Source: the human T2T-CHM13v2.0 reference genome, Homo sapiens. From it: a stretch of DNA of 64,000 nt. The position numbers and the translations under genes were made by a program. This document shows, piece after piece, positions 13,601 through 28,246 of this stretch (its first letter is position 1; the number at the start of each line of letters is the position of its first letter). Location of the stretch: assembly GCF_009914755.1 (NCBI RefSeq), contig NC_060928.1; one strand, given 5' to 3'. The notes below the pieces were generated by a model, which saw only the letters and a list, made by a program, of their open reading frames with translations, made no database searches and had not been told where the DNA came from.

Positions 13601-16600
13601 TGTTTGATCTTTTATTTTCCTCTTCCTTATTGTTAAACCCTATAAAAATCTTTCCCATATATGATTGAGCAAAAGTCTAGTAATCTCTCAAGCAGCATGT
13701 TAATGTTTTGTTTTCTTGTGACACCTTACCTGTATCTCCCATACTCACTCTGCCCTAAGCAAAGCTGATTAAATATTTTTCATTGTTCAAATGCTGTACC
13801 TGGTTGAAACGTCTCTAAAGGAGCAATGATGCTATACTCTAGTGGTTTGCTTAAACATCAAATTCCTTTATTATAGTGCAAGCTTCCTGCAGCAGAGAAT
13901 ACATATGTCTTATTCATCGTCAAGTACCTGACAGGTTTTGGGAATGATAATAATAACATATAATTACAATGCACATAATATGTCAGGCATCACATTATGA
14001 AGAACACACTATTGTTGTAATCTTCATTTTACAAATAAGGAATTGGAGGCACAAAGGCATAGAGAGGTTAGATAATTTGCTCAAAATCACATAGCTAGTA
14101 GAACGAAGAACAAGGTTTTGTACCTGGGTTTGAGGGTAGCAGAGTTAGCACTTGTAACCTTCACATGAAAAGAGATGGGTCACAATATAAATGCTATCAG
14201 ATAAAAAAATGTTCTAAAAATAAAAAAAAGTGTTGACACACCAAACAGCAGACAGGTGCCCAGGGAGTAGATGTGTAACAAGCACTCATACATCACTGGA
14301 AAACATCACCGAATGTATAATGAAGTGGAGAAAAGGGTATTTAGTGAAGTCCCCATGGGATAATAGTAGGTGTAGTTGGAAGACTGCTCTAATAAGTCAT
14401 TTGGGCTAGAGTGAGATCCCTGACAAATGTGCTCCAGTAATAATGGAGAACTGCTAACCTGCCACGTAGAGAGAGCGTATCATGTTAACTGCAGAGCTTT
14501 TGCTTTGCTGAGTTTGGTGCTGGAGTAGAATTGCTAAGAAAATAAGGTGAAATTAAACATAAATTGTCTCTTTCACAGTAATTTTTTATACCACATTATT
14601 TTTATGTAGGGCTGCTTTTTTTTAAAAAAAAATTTATTTTATGGCCAGATTACTGGAAAATATCGTCTAACTAAATGAAGTTAATTTTCTTTAGGAATCT
14701 TTCTAATGACTTCCTTTCAAAATGGCCATATTGTTGCAATTTCTCCTTAGCCGCCCTCAGTGAATCAACTTTCACTGCTTATAATGTGAACATAGATATT
14801 CCTGGGAGATATTTTTCATCCTAGCTCAACTCTTTTCAAATTGCACTCTCTATCTCGTAGGAAAACCATTTTTTCCTATGGATTTTATTATCATCTTCAT
14901 GCTGAGTTTTCTCAAATGTATGTGCACAGCCCTGGCCATTTTCCTCAGTTCCAGACTTGTATATTCAACTGTTCAGTAACTTATTGTTAATATAATTAAT
15001 ATTATTAATAATAATGACTAATAGTAATTGAAAAGCTATAAGATGCCAGCCACTATTTTAGATTTTACATATATTAATGCTTTTAACACAGAAATGAAAT
15101 GCAATCAATATTATCATTATCTCTATTGTACCTTAAATAAATGGAGGTAAAAAGAGATTACATAGTTTGTCCTTAGTCTCAACTGCATCTAGAAATCTCC
15201 ACAGGGACTCAACCTGGACAGGCTTTAAAACTGAATTCATTATCTTCCCAGTAAAAATTGTTCCTCCTTCTGATAAGTCCCTTTTGGTTACATTTGGTCC
15301 TTAGACTACCATTGTAAATGTGAACTTTCTTACCTGTAGAAAAAAACATAAATTCTATTTTAATTATTTGCATAAATGCAGGAGAAACTCTTTCATAGCT
15401 AATCTTTCCTCATTCATAATTCACACTTATGAGCACATACAGACACTAATCAAGGTATTTTGGAATATTTGTAAGTCCAAGAGAAAAAGAAATTCACAAA
15501 CAATCCTTAATGTTTTGTTTCTTAAATTGTAGTTCATTTTATTTTAGCAATTTATCATCGCTCCTTGTGTTAAAAATCACTTCTAGATTGTATTATGTTA
15601 GAGTCCTAGAGGGCTCATGCTAATGTTCTGTGCCCTCATTTAATGATGTATTTATTTACTGAATAAATACTTATTGAACATGTATTATGTGGCAGGCTTT
15701 ATACCATGCTAGAAAACATGGTACTACTGTCAGTTACATTTTGTCTATTTCAAGTTGAAAAAAGTAAATTATTCAAGGTATTCATTAAATTATTTTACTT
15801 TCACTTATTCCTTACATATTTCAAACCCTCTTACTATCTTGCTACATTACTTCTTATGAGATGTGGAATTAAATTATTTTAACTTATCCAACAAATATTT
15901 ATTGAGCACTCACCCATTGTATTGTACTAGGATGATGTCGTGTTGATAAAACACACAGAGTCCATCTCTCTTTAGAACTGCCTTGTAACCTGTAGAAAAG
16001 ATTTTGCACAAGTAATCATACACAGAAAAAGAGTTATAAAGGAGAAGAATGTGCCATGGGAAAAGGCAGGCCCAACCTAGTCTGAGTGGTCTCAGGAAGG
16101 CTTCTGTGAGGAAAGTGATGTTTAAGCTGAGACATAAAGGACAAATTGGAATTATGGAAAAGGAGAAAACATGTTGGAAGAGGAACATTTCAGGCAGAGG
16201 AGACAATGGCAAATCTGAGGAACTGGAAAATATCACATAAGTCTGGAATATAGAACACCAAGGGAGATACACTGAAGTGATCTCTTTCTTGCTCCATTAG
16301 CTTCTACTCTGCACCTCTTTGTAGCTTCTGAAATATTTCATTCAGGAACAAACGTGCTTAGTTTTTGTTTGAACAAAGGTGACATTCACTTGCTCCTTAC
16401 AGCAATCATATTAGATAGGAGTCATTATTACAAATGTGACTAATGAAGAGTGGATAGGGAGCATGCCCATATTCATTCAGGGATCTACAAAGGGTCAGAA
16501 CCAGGCATGGAGACAGCTCTTTGGCCTCCAGCCCCTGATCTTTCTATTGTATCATATGCTGTTCTACTCGCTAGTGAGTACATAGCAGTGTGGTTTGAAC

Positions 16601-17739
16601 CATGCCACACTTTACTATGCAGCTCAGAAAATGACCTGTGCCTGTGCTTTTCAAATGCCGTGTTTTGTTTACCCTGGAATAGATTTTTGTACACCACAAT
16701 AGATCAAAATACCTCTCCTCAATGAATTTTTCCTCTTTGTTTTTAAAAAGATCAAATGAATCTTCACACCTTCATTTTTGATAATAAAAATACCTCAATC
16801 ACATATCACATTTTTGTGATAATTTCTATTATTTCTTTCCAGCTGATTTTCTCAATATTTTAAATGAAATATATTTGAATATAATTAATACTTTTATTAT
16901 ATATAATTAATTATTATATATGATTAATTATATTGTTAGATTTATTAGATTTATTTATTAGATATGATTCCATATAATAATAATAATAATAATAATATAA
17001 ACTCCTGTTGAATCTTCTCCAAAAATGTTTATTATAGGAAATATTGAAAAGCATAAGCACATAAAAAGGGTTTGACCATCTATTTGGAGCATTTCCTTTG
17101 ATCTTCTAGTCTTCGTTTCTTAAGCTTTTCACTAAGTACTGCGATGCTCCTTTCCCCTCAATCCAGTGTTCTCCATCTGTTCTCTCAAATGTGATCTTTG
17201 CCATTGGAATGTAGGATTTAAGCCATAGTAACCCATGAAAAAGACATACCTGTGCTGAAAGTCAAGGAGAATCTCACATGTTGAATCGAGGCTATGCATT
17301 TGTGTCAGTAGTTGCTCTACTTATTAGTTAATTGGCTTTCAAATAATTGGATCTAGTTTTAGGTTTCAAAGGTACTGACAGTTACTACTATTGTGCAATT
17401 AATTATCCATTTCTTTCTAGTGTCTAACCTGTACTTAATCAATCAAAAGGAGCCACATATTGATCAGAAATGATAACCAGAAAAGAAAATAAGTAGTTTA
17501 GGTTGTCTGTAAATTAAATATTTGTTTTTCCAGGTGTAAAGAGTTGCCTGTGCATCACATCTTCCCTAGTTTATCACCCTGGGGATGGTTTTCGAATTAC
17601 ATGATGTTCATTCATTCATTAATAATTTCTCACTCATAAATATTTATTGTATCCATTATGCATCAAACAACGGAAAAAGGCTGAAGTCTATTGATGGAGA
17701 CAGACATGTAGAAAGATTATTATATGTAATGTAATCCTT

Positions 17740-19200
17740 CATTCACCAAATATTTATTGAATACCTGTTATTAACACCAGGCATTGTTCCAGATAATGGG
17801 AATAGAGAGGTAAACAAGTCTTAAGGAAATAAGTCTTTATTCTCATGCAGATTACTCTCTTTTAAAGGGGACTGACAATAAACAAATGGTCAAAAAGTAC
17901 GTATCAGGATATTCTGAGTAATATGAAGTGAAAAAAGCAAAGTAAAGAGGTAGAGATGGATGGGGTATTATTTTTGATAAGGAGGTCAGGGAAAACATAT
18001 CACCCTGAAGTATGGGTAAAATTTGAGCAGAAACGTATATGAAAGGAGGAAGTTTTTTGAATATCTGAGTGAAGAGAGTAGGAATGAGAGGCACCTGGAA
18101 GTATATAGTAGTAATATTTCTCTGAATAGAAATTTACATAAATAATTGAAGCTGAAATAGCTTAGATAATTCAGAAGAGCCAGTGGCTTGAACACAGTAA
18201 GCTGGAAGACAGTAGTTAGAAATAGAGTCAGGAGTACCAAAGGTCTAGGTCTTTTAGAGTTTTGGGTCATGTTAAGGACTTTACATTTTATTCAAATGTG
18301 ACAATGCCAATAAGGAATTTGGAATAAGAAAATGACATGACCTAATTTATGCATTAAAATTGGCTGTGGTTGAAAAAATCACTAACCTTCACTGAATGTT
18401 ACTGTGTGCAAACACTGTGCAAAGCAATTTTATCTTGAATAATGTGTATCATCCTTAGATCAACTCTGTCAACTCTAAGGTATATTATATTCCTCTTATT
18501 TAACAAATGAAGAAACTTAGATGCAAAAATTATCCAACTCTGTGGTCACAGAGCTGGTGATGTTTGAGCTGGTCATTGAAACCAGCAAATCTGGCAGTAT
18601 AAAACACGTTGCTTCATCAAGGAACTAGACCACAGAGGAATATGAAGAAAAGAGGAAGGTAGAAGCTATACTGAAAGTCCAGGTGAGAGATGACACCTGG
18701 AGTAGTGTGAGAAGTGGGTGACCCAAACCTTGAGCAGAAATACTACAGGATGCAATGATAGATTGCATGTGAGAGTATAGACCGACAGACAGTAGGCAAA
18801 CCGTGGTGCTATTTACTGAGATTAGAAATGGGGGGGGGGCAGGAAAAGGCTTGTTTCATTTGTTTAATTGCTTGATTTTATTTATTGGATGCGGTAGAAA
18901 ATCTAGGTTTATTTTGTTTTGAAAGAAATTTGAAATAGCTATTTAGACTGGCAAGTGACACAGTCAAGCGGGCACTTGGATAGACTCATCTTAAGACATA
19001 AAATTAGAGAGTCCTCAGCACGGAGATTGCATTTAAAACCCCAAGATTGGATAAAACACTACCAAAAGTTCTAAGTGTTGGTTCCTGGAGACTGTAGTAT
19101 CTAGAAGTGGGGAAATGAGGGGAAATCAGTGAAGAAGACAGAGAAGCAGCAGCCAGTGAAGTTGGAACAAAATCAAGAGAGTTTGGTGTAGTCAGTTTAA
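17740..19200 (-). mobile_element. Degenerate L2 fragments with an embedded MIR-like piece
   Basis: TTCATTCACCAAATATTTATTGAATACCTG...CCAGGCATTGTT is the reverse complement of the L2 3' end. Boundaries approximate. Confidence 0.55.
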
Positions 19201-21267
19201 TTTTTAATAGAGTATTATTAGAGAACATGGAGGTTATGGAATTCCTTAAAGCAGGTAGCTTCTAAGCGAAACCGGATATGCTGAAGCTGGTCACACAGAA
19301 AAAGAGGCAAAGTTAATATCCCCTTAGATGCCCATCTAGACATCATGTAGAAATAAAGCACATTGAATATCATGCTTTCATTACTCAGTGAATACCTAAA
19401 ACAAGGACCAAATGTGCAAAGATACAGTATAGGAACTCAAAATTTAAAAAGTCAGGAAGCCATTGCTTACATAGCGTCATGGTCACTGAAACAGGAGTTT
19501 TGCAAAGACCTAATATCTTATGTCCCTAAGATACCAGAACAGCACATTTCTGAGCCCATCAGAATTAGAATGAGTATCTTATCTAAGATTCTGTATGGAA
19601 TGACACTGGTTCTGAGTGCTTTGTTCACTTCATACTACCGTGATAGCAATCAACAACGACAACAAAAAGCGAAACGGTCACTCTAAAGATAATTAAGCTG
19701 AGTATTTGCAACAATTTGTTGCAAACGCAGTTGAACCATGGTTAAGACCGTGAGATACGGAAGGAGACACATCAGGTTCAAATCAAATAGGTGCTCTACA
19801 ACCTATTATGTGTTAGTTGGGAATCTGTTTACTCTCTCTCCTATTTCCACATCAGGAAAATGAAGTATCTATTTCTTAAATAGAGATTACATGATATAAT
19901 ACATTAGGGTACATAACACAGTGCTTGGCCTAAGATAATAATTGATCAACCTATGTTGCCTTGTGCTGTACCATGTCAGTTTATAATGTGAGCATTTCTG
20001 AATACTGTATCATTAGTCTGTGAAAATTTAAGGACTTAGGAATGCTACATTTAGATAACTATTTTCTTATTACTAAGCATGAAGGCTCTACATTTATGAT
20101 ATTATTAATAATATTTCTCTGAATATAAATTTACCTAAATCATTGTCTACATCTTTGATTGGCATTTCTTGACATATTTAATGTCCTTGCTTCTTTTTTA
20201 GTCTATGATTTATATTTCATGAAACCAAATTACAGTTTTACAATAATAGCTAAGAGCTTCCTTCGTTAATTTACAGATTTTTCTGCCCAACATTTACCAC
20301 AAAAAAATCACACATCATTATAATGTTCCTTTGTGCTACATTTTTCTTAAATTTATAGAGATAATGAAAAGGAAAATTAGCTGCAGCCCGAAAACTCCTT
20401 TTAAATTATGCATCTGAGGACTTCTTTACAAAGCTGTTTAAAACAGCATAGAGCTTTACTTATGCCAAAGAAATTCTCCCCTATCACACATTTTAGAGGA
20501 TATGATGTATCCTACATTCCTTTTCTTTGAGTTAACATTGTATAATTCAGGACATAGATGATGAAGACTATGGTTTTACTAACTAAATGATTATTAGTGT
20601 TTTAGGGGAATTATTGTCCAAAGAATAGAGACTCTCTTTTTCCGGCCAAGCTAAACTTGAATTAATTAAATCTCTTTATGAAGCAGATGTTGAAAAACTT
20701 GGAAATTCAGTGGGCAGGAAGGCATCAGTCAGAAAAGATTTTTTTTAAATTATTAATTAGTTTTTAAACATAGCTCTTTTTACTCTTATTTATTTTTAGC
20801 AATTTAATCAGATATTCCTGGAATAGGTTTTGCAGCCCTTCTGCAGTTGCGGTTTCTTTCTTTGACTTGTTTCAGAAGTTACGTCATTGTCAACCTTCCC
20901 CTTTGCTTATGATGGGAAGACAAAGAAAGGTGTGCCGGAGGTCAGGCTCTATGAACCTGACATAATCACTGATTTCCCAAGTCAAGATGCACAACAAGCG
21001 ATGGCATCTGTTTACCATTCTTCCTGTTTTTATTTTTGGCACTGGAAAGACTAGACTTCAACGAAGTCTCATAGAAGAGCGCTAATCACTATTAATACTT
21101 TAGAATTGATGTAATGGCCAATATTAGACCTTACTCTTGTAAGTTTAAAAGCCTTAGCAATGGGAAGAGTTATTGATTTTTTGGTCAAGCATTCACGTGA
21201 TTTTTTTAACTCATGCTACCTGTAGAAAAAAATAGTTTCAAAAATGTATCTGCTATTAAGAAAATCA

Positions 21268-21573
<306 letters not shown>

Positions 21574-21652
21574 AAAATCATCCAGCTCAAAATACCAAGT
21601 TTTTTATTCCAAAACACAGTACACAATACAGTGACCTAGGATCTTTTCTTTT

Positions 21653-21961
<309 letters not shown>

Positions 21962-22288
21962 GGATCTTTTCTTTTGAGGAAACAATTCTAACTTCAAATA
22001 TTTTAATTGGGCTTTAATAACGCTGAGGGAATGCTGTGAGTCCCCCATGGGCTGAAATTCTCAAGTGGAGTCAGGGCTGAGTAGAATAAATTGGTGCTTT
22101 TCGTGGATTGTTATTAAGTTGATGTTAGATATTCCTTCCAGTTCTAATTTGTGGCTACCAGATGCTCTGAAGCTCAGCTTGTGCCTTTGGGCTTTTGCTT
22201 TATAATCTTGTCAAATCTGGCTAGGAAATTTTTAAAGGTGCAAGGTTACTAAGTGTGATGATATTGTATAAAGAAATATACTGTTTTT

Positions 22289-22626
<338 letters not shown>

Positions 22627-23053
22627 CTAGCAGTGTGATTTGGGGCAAGTTCCTTCTCTAGCCAAACATCACTTTCATCATCTGTGACACTAGAATTTTC
22701 ACACCTATCTGGCAAGCTTATGATGAGAAATAAATATTATGTAGCACCAATAACAACTAAGCTATAAATTGAGGTGTTATTCTTGACTCCTCTTCTCCTC
22801 TAATCCTCCAGTTCCTAAATCCAACAAATTAACAAGTACTATCAGCTTGACCTTCAAGATATTTTCCAAATGCACCCACCCCACTTCATCAAATCTGTTA
22901 TTGTGTTAATCCAACAGGCATCATTTCTCACCTGAAGTAATTAATTAGCCCCTTAAGTGGTCACCCTGCTTTCACTTTTGCTTGCTCAGTCTTGGCATTT
23001 TATGTAAGATCTCCAGAGTGGCCAGAAGGATCTCTTAAAACTACAGATAAAGA

Positions 23054-23420
<367 letters not shown>

Positions 23421-23638
23421 TCATCTTATTCAGAATAAATCCCAACTTTCTCTCATGGCCTACAAGGTTCTGCATCTCCTTGCCCTCCTTCCTCCTCTAT
23501 GGGAGGAGTCTGATTCCTCCCGTATGGCTTTTCCCCTCACTCACTCTGATCCTGTCACACTGACCTCTGACTGCTTTCCCATGAGGGGGCCAAACTCTGG
23601 TCGCCTTAGGGCCTCTGCCCACACTGATTCCTTTGCTT

Positions 23639-23789
23639 GCTACTCGGGAGTCTGAGGCAGGAGAATGGCGTGCACCTAGGAGGCGGAGCTTGCAGTGAGC
23701 CGAGATCGTGCCACTGCACTCCAGCCTGGGTGACAGAGAAAGACTCCGTCTCAAAAAAAAAGAAAAAAAGAAAAGAAAAGAAAAGAAAA
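23639..23789 (+). mobile_element. 5'-truncated AluY-like right monomer
   Basis: GCTACTCGGGAG...GAATGGCGTG...GGAGCTTGCAGTGAGCCGAGATCG, followed by an (AAAAG)n tail. Confidence 0.9.
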
Positions 23790-26370
23790 CAGCTTCCCAT
23801 AAATGTTCCCTCCAGCCTTTCCTTATCATTTAGGCTTTCCTCCTCCCCTCCTTCTAATTTAGAACAGCTACTCCAGTCATTCTCTACTGGAGGGTCAAAG
23901 CTGGCTAGAGAATTTTCAAAGGTGCATTGTTACTGTGTGATGATATTGCATAAATAGGTATACTGTTTTACTGACCCTGTTTTACTTTCTTCCTGACAGT
24001 TAACCCTGACTGCAAAAACCTTATTTACTTACTTATTTGTTAACTGTCTGTCCCTCCCCCACCAGAATATAGGATTACCAAGGAGCTGTCTCACTCACCA
24101 TTGTATTTCTGGCACAAAAGACAGTGTCTTACAAATAGTAACTAGTCAAAAAAAATAAGATGAATAAATACACAGATCTTCTACTATGCTTGACACTTAG
24201 TAAATGTTCAATTAAAATTGTTGTTACACATCCTTCTATTCAATTTCCACCAGCTAATTCTACTTCAGATGGAAGAAGTCTATTGTCTTGGTCATAGTTA
24301 ATATCTCTCCAGAGAAACTGATAAATAAGCTTAGCCTTCAGTGTTGACATTATTACTTAGCACTTGTTAGATAAATGTTGTAATCTGTGTGTTCATAGAT
24401 CTAGATCATAATTGTTTCATATTATAAACTAAAAAGTTATCAAGAATGAGACAGCACAATAATGTTTATCTTCAATCAGCAAAATATTCTGACTGGTATT
24501 GCATTAATGTGAATTACACATTTTCTCGGCCACAATGAAGACGGTGTGGTGTTGTGGGAAAAACCAGCTTAGAGTCAGCAGAACAACATTTATTAAGTGC
24601 TTATTTTTTATTGGTGTTAGGTATAAAAAGTGGTATAAAATGTGGTCCTTGCTCTTTAAGCAGCTTTTACTGTCATTCTATTGCTAAATATAAATGATCC
24701 TGTTTATTAAAAGGTTGAGTTACTGATTTGGAAAAACAATATTTTTCCAATCCAACATTCCTTAATATTCCCTGGCACAAAACAGCTTTTTTCGTGTGAG
24801 CATTTTCCATTCCTCTTAAAATAGAAGAGAACGGTATTCTCCAATGTTTCTAAAATTTCCTTCAGTTTTTTTTCTGAAGTCTGTAAAACAGAGAATACAG
24901 CTGCTGACATTGAAATGAGATTCCATGAAACAGTAAGTGCATAGAATGCCAAGGTAAATGGGCTGTTTATTAAGTTTTTCTGATTCCATACCATACATGA
25001 GACGTTCCACCCTGTCACTAGCTATAGTTAAGGACAATTTACAACAGTATAACAGGAATTCTGCTCTTCCTCCAAGTCAGCTAAGGTGGATACATAAGAG
25101 AACCTCAATAAACATTTGCCACAAAGAGGAAAGAGAAAACAAAAACAAAAACTGGAAAGCTGTAATTGAAATACACCACCTAGCATATTTAAATGTGTGT
25201 GTGTATCTCAAAACCAATCATATTAACAGACAAAAATGTACATGTGTGTTAATATGATTGTGTCAATATCTGTGTGTGTGTTAATATGATTGGTTTTAAT
25301 GTTAAATTGTCCTAACATTCCAGGAATAAGTCCTATTTGGTCATGGTGTATTACATTTTTAATACGTTTGGGGGTTAGTTTTGTCAGAATTGTATTAAAA
25401 TTTTTGTATCTGTGTTTATAGGGAATATTGGCCTTTAATATTTATTTTTTGAATTTTTTTAATTTTTGATTCAGAATAATGCTGACCTCAGAGAGTAAGT
25501 TGGGTAATGGGTAATATTCTAACCCCCTGAATTTTTGGGAGGAATTGATATATAGTTGATATTAATTCTTGCTGCAAAGTTAGGAGGTATTCATCTGGGT
25601 AAGCCATTGGCACCTGGAGTTTTTTGTGAGATTTGTAACTGAAGATTCCAATAAATATAAGACTATTTACATTATTTATTACTTCTTAAGCACATTTTGG
25701 TAGTTCATGTCTTTCATGAAATGTTTCCATTTGATTGAAGTTGTAGTATTTATTGGCATGAAGGTGAATATCTTATTCCCTTATTATAATTTTAATAGCT
25801 ATAAAAAAACTATAGGGACAATAGCTTTATCAGTCCTGATGTTGGAAGGTTGGTAGTTTGTCACCTCTCTATTATTTCATATCTATATGCTTACAGAAAT
25901 CATCAATTTTATTGATTTTCTCAAAAAATCTTTCAGTGTCATGAATATTCAACATTATGTTTATGTTTTTATTTCATTGATTACCATTCTGACCTTCGTT
26001 ATATTTTTTCTGCTGCTGCTTTTAGCTTCATTTGCTCTTCTTTTTACGGTTTCTTCAACTAGAATCATCAGTCATTAATTTTAGATCTTTCTTCTGATGA
26101 ATTTAATTATTTTATGCTAAACATTTTCTTCTAAGTACCATTTTAACTTCACATAAAATTTAAATGTAGTGTTTTTTTATTCAATTCAAAATACTTTCTA
26201 ATTTCTCTTTTGAGTACTTATTGACTCATGGTTATGTAGAAGTATGGTATTTAATATCTGAATATTTGAGGGCTGTGTAGATATGTTTTTGTTACTGATT
26301 CAAATTGAATTTGTGATTTGAATGCATTCTTGATATGACTTGAACTCTTTTAAATATATTGAGATTTGTT

Positions 26371-28246
26371 CATCTTTAACATAGCTACTACACTCCAAAA
26401 TTGAAGTCAACACGCTCATTACTATAAATTACTTGTTGAAATAATCTACCTTGAAGAGAAAGAAAATTAGGAAATAGAATTTAAATGATTCCTCCAAACC
26501 ATACATTTATAAATATTGTCATATTTAAAATGTTTGAAAGTCATGAATTCTCCATTAATGGAAAAGCAGTTTGCTATTGGGAACAGAAAATAACTCAGCG
26601 ATAGTTTACCAAATGCTTTAAAATTTAAAAGCTGTACTGTTTGGATTTACACTTGTGCAGCATTCTTGTCATTAGAATAACAACTGCAAAGTGCTTTATT
26701 CTCACCTTCTCTCAAGTAAAATCTAAAAACTCCACTGTATCCAATGTTTGTAATGTCTATTTAAAGTGAATCTAAAAACTTTCTAAATTTAGTTTATGGT
26801 AAATACTTCAAAATACTTAAAAGAGGTACATTTCAATCACTTAAAGCTGTGAAAATTGTTTCAGATTCACTGCTTTAAAGGGTCTTCAAATATGTTTTCT
26901 TTTCTTTTTTTTTCTTTTTTTTTATACTTTAAGTTCTAGGGTACATGTGCGCAATGTGCAGGTTTGTTACATGTGTATACATGTGTCATGTTGGTTTGCT
27001 GCACCCATTAACTCGTCATTTATATTAGGTATTTCTCCTAATGCTATCCCTTTCCCATCCCCCCACCCCACTACAGGCCCAGGTGTGTGATGTTCTGCAC
27101 CCTGTGTCCAAGTGTTCTCATTCTTCAATTCCCACCTATGAGTGAGATCATGCGGTGTTTGGTTTTCTGTCCTTGTGATAGTTTGCTCAGAATGATGGTT
27201 TCCAGCTTCATCCATGTCCCTACAAAGGACATGAACTCATCATTTTTTATGGCTGCATAGTATTCCATGGTGTATATGTGCCACATTTTCTTAATCCAGT
27301 CTATCATTGATGGACATTTAGGTTGGTTCCAAGTCTTTGCTATTGTGAATAGTGCCGCAATAAACATATGTGTGCATGTGTCTTTATAGTGGCATGATTT
27401 ATAATCCTTTGGGTATATACCCAGTGATGGTATCACCGGGTCAAATGGTATTTCTAGTTCTAGATCCTTGAAGAATCGCCACACTGTCTTCCACAGTGGT
27501 TGAAATAGTTTACACTCCCATCAACAGTGTAAAAGCGTTCCTATTTCTCCACATCCTCTTTGACAGAACCTTACTTCATTCCAAATTAATATCAGATATT
27601 TTAAAATAAAAAAGATCAGTTCTATACAAAGATAAAATGTTACTCAATACCTGAAGGTTCACATTTTAAATTTATTTTTTATTTTTATTTTTTTGTCAAC
27701 AGATGATCCATGAAATAATGCTACACCCTTAAATTCCAGAAGATGGCATGGTTTTTCCAACCTCCTGTGGATATGGGGCATGATCAATCTATTATATATG
27801 ATTAATACAAGTTCATGCTTCTTGTTTTATGGTGAAACAACATTAAAGAATCCAATTTAGATTGACTGAAGCATGAGTATAATAATCCTTGAATGTGATT
27901 GTACTTACTTAATACACCAGTTTAAATCCATTATCTTGAGACTTAATGTACTATGGTCCATCCATCTTCATTAGTTTCATTTTTAGTACGACGAGGAGAT
28001 TCCCTATCTTTCTCAGCTCTCCATGAGGCCTTCTCTTTTTCACATTCTCTTTCTCAGTCTGGGTCTCTTTCTCGGTCTGGGTCTCTTTCTCAGCCTCTTG
28101 AAAGAGCTGGGGGAGCAAGTCAATGAGGAGGGCTCCACTTTTCTGCCCGGTCATCTTTCCTGTCATCAGCACGTCTCCAAGAACTTACTTCTTCACATTC
28201 TGACATTGTTGTCTCTTAGATCTCATCTTTCTCTTAGATCACACCG
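26371..28246 (-). pseudogene. EIF3A: 5'-truncated retrocopy of EIF3A (C-terminal coding remnant 28246-27943 plus 3'UTR), interrupted by L1PA
   Basis: Minus strand reads SECEEVSSWRRADDRKDDRAE...ECEKEKASWRAEKDRESPRRTKNETNEDGWTIVH*, versus recalled eIF3a SEREEVSSWRRADDRKDDRVE...EGEKEKASWRAEKDRESLRRTKNETDEDGWTTVRR*. Contains stops and frameshifts. Flanked by GAGATTTGTT direct repeats at 26361 and 28247. Confidence 0.88.
26895..27559 (-). mobile_element. 5'-truncated L1PA (about PA5-PA7) 3' end
   Basis: ORF2 C-terminus (LELEIPFDP...[17 protein letters not shown]), L1 3'UTR and poly(T). Confidence 0.93.

Noticed and set aside
16880-17000. Extremely AT-rich stretch with (TAA)n
   Set aside because: Ordinary low-complexity sequence.
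19705-19725. Perfect 10-bp inverted repeat TTTGCAACAA-T-TTGTTGCAAA
   Set aside because: A single short palindrome in 64 kb of AT-rich DNA with no supporting context.
20560-21130. Repeat-free block with CRE-like TTACGTCA (20879) and an E-box
   Set aside because: Short motifs alone cannot support an enhancer call without conservation or chromatin data.
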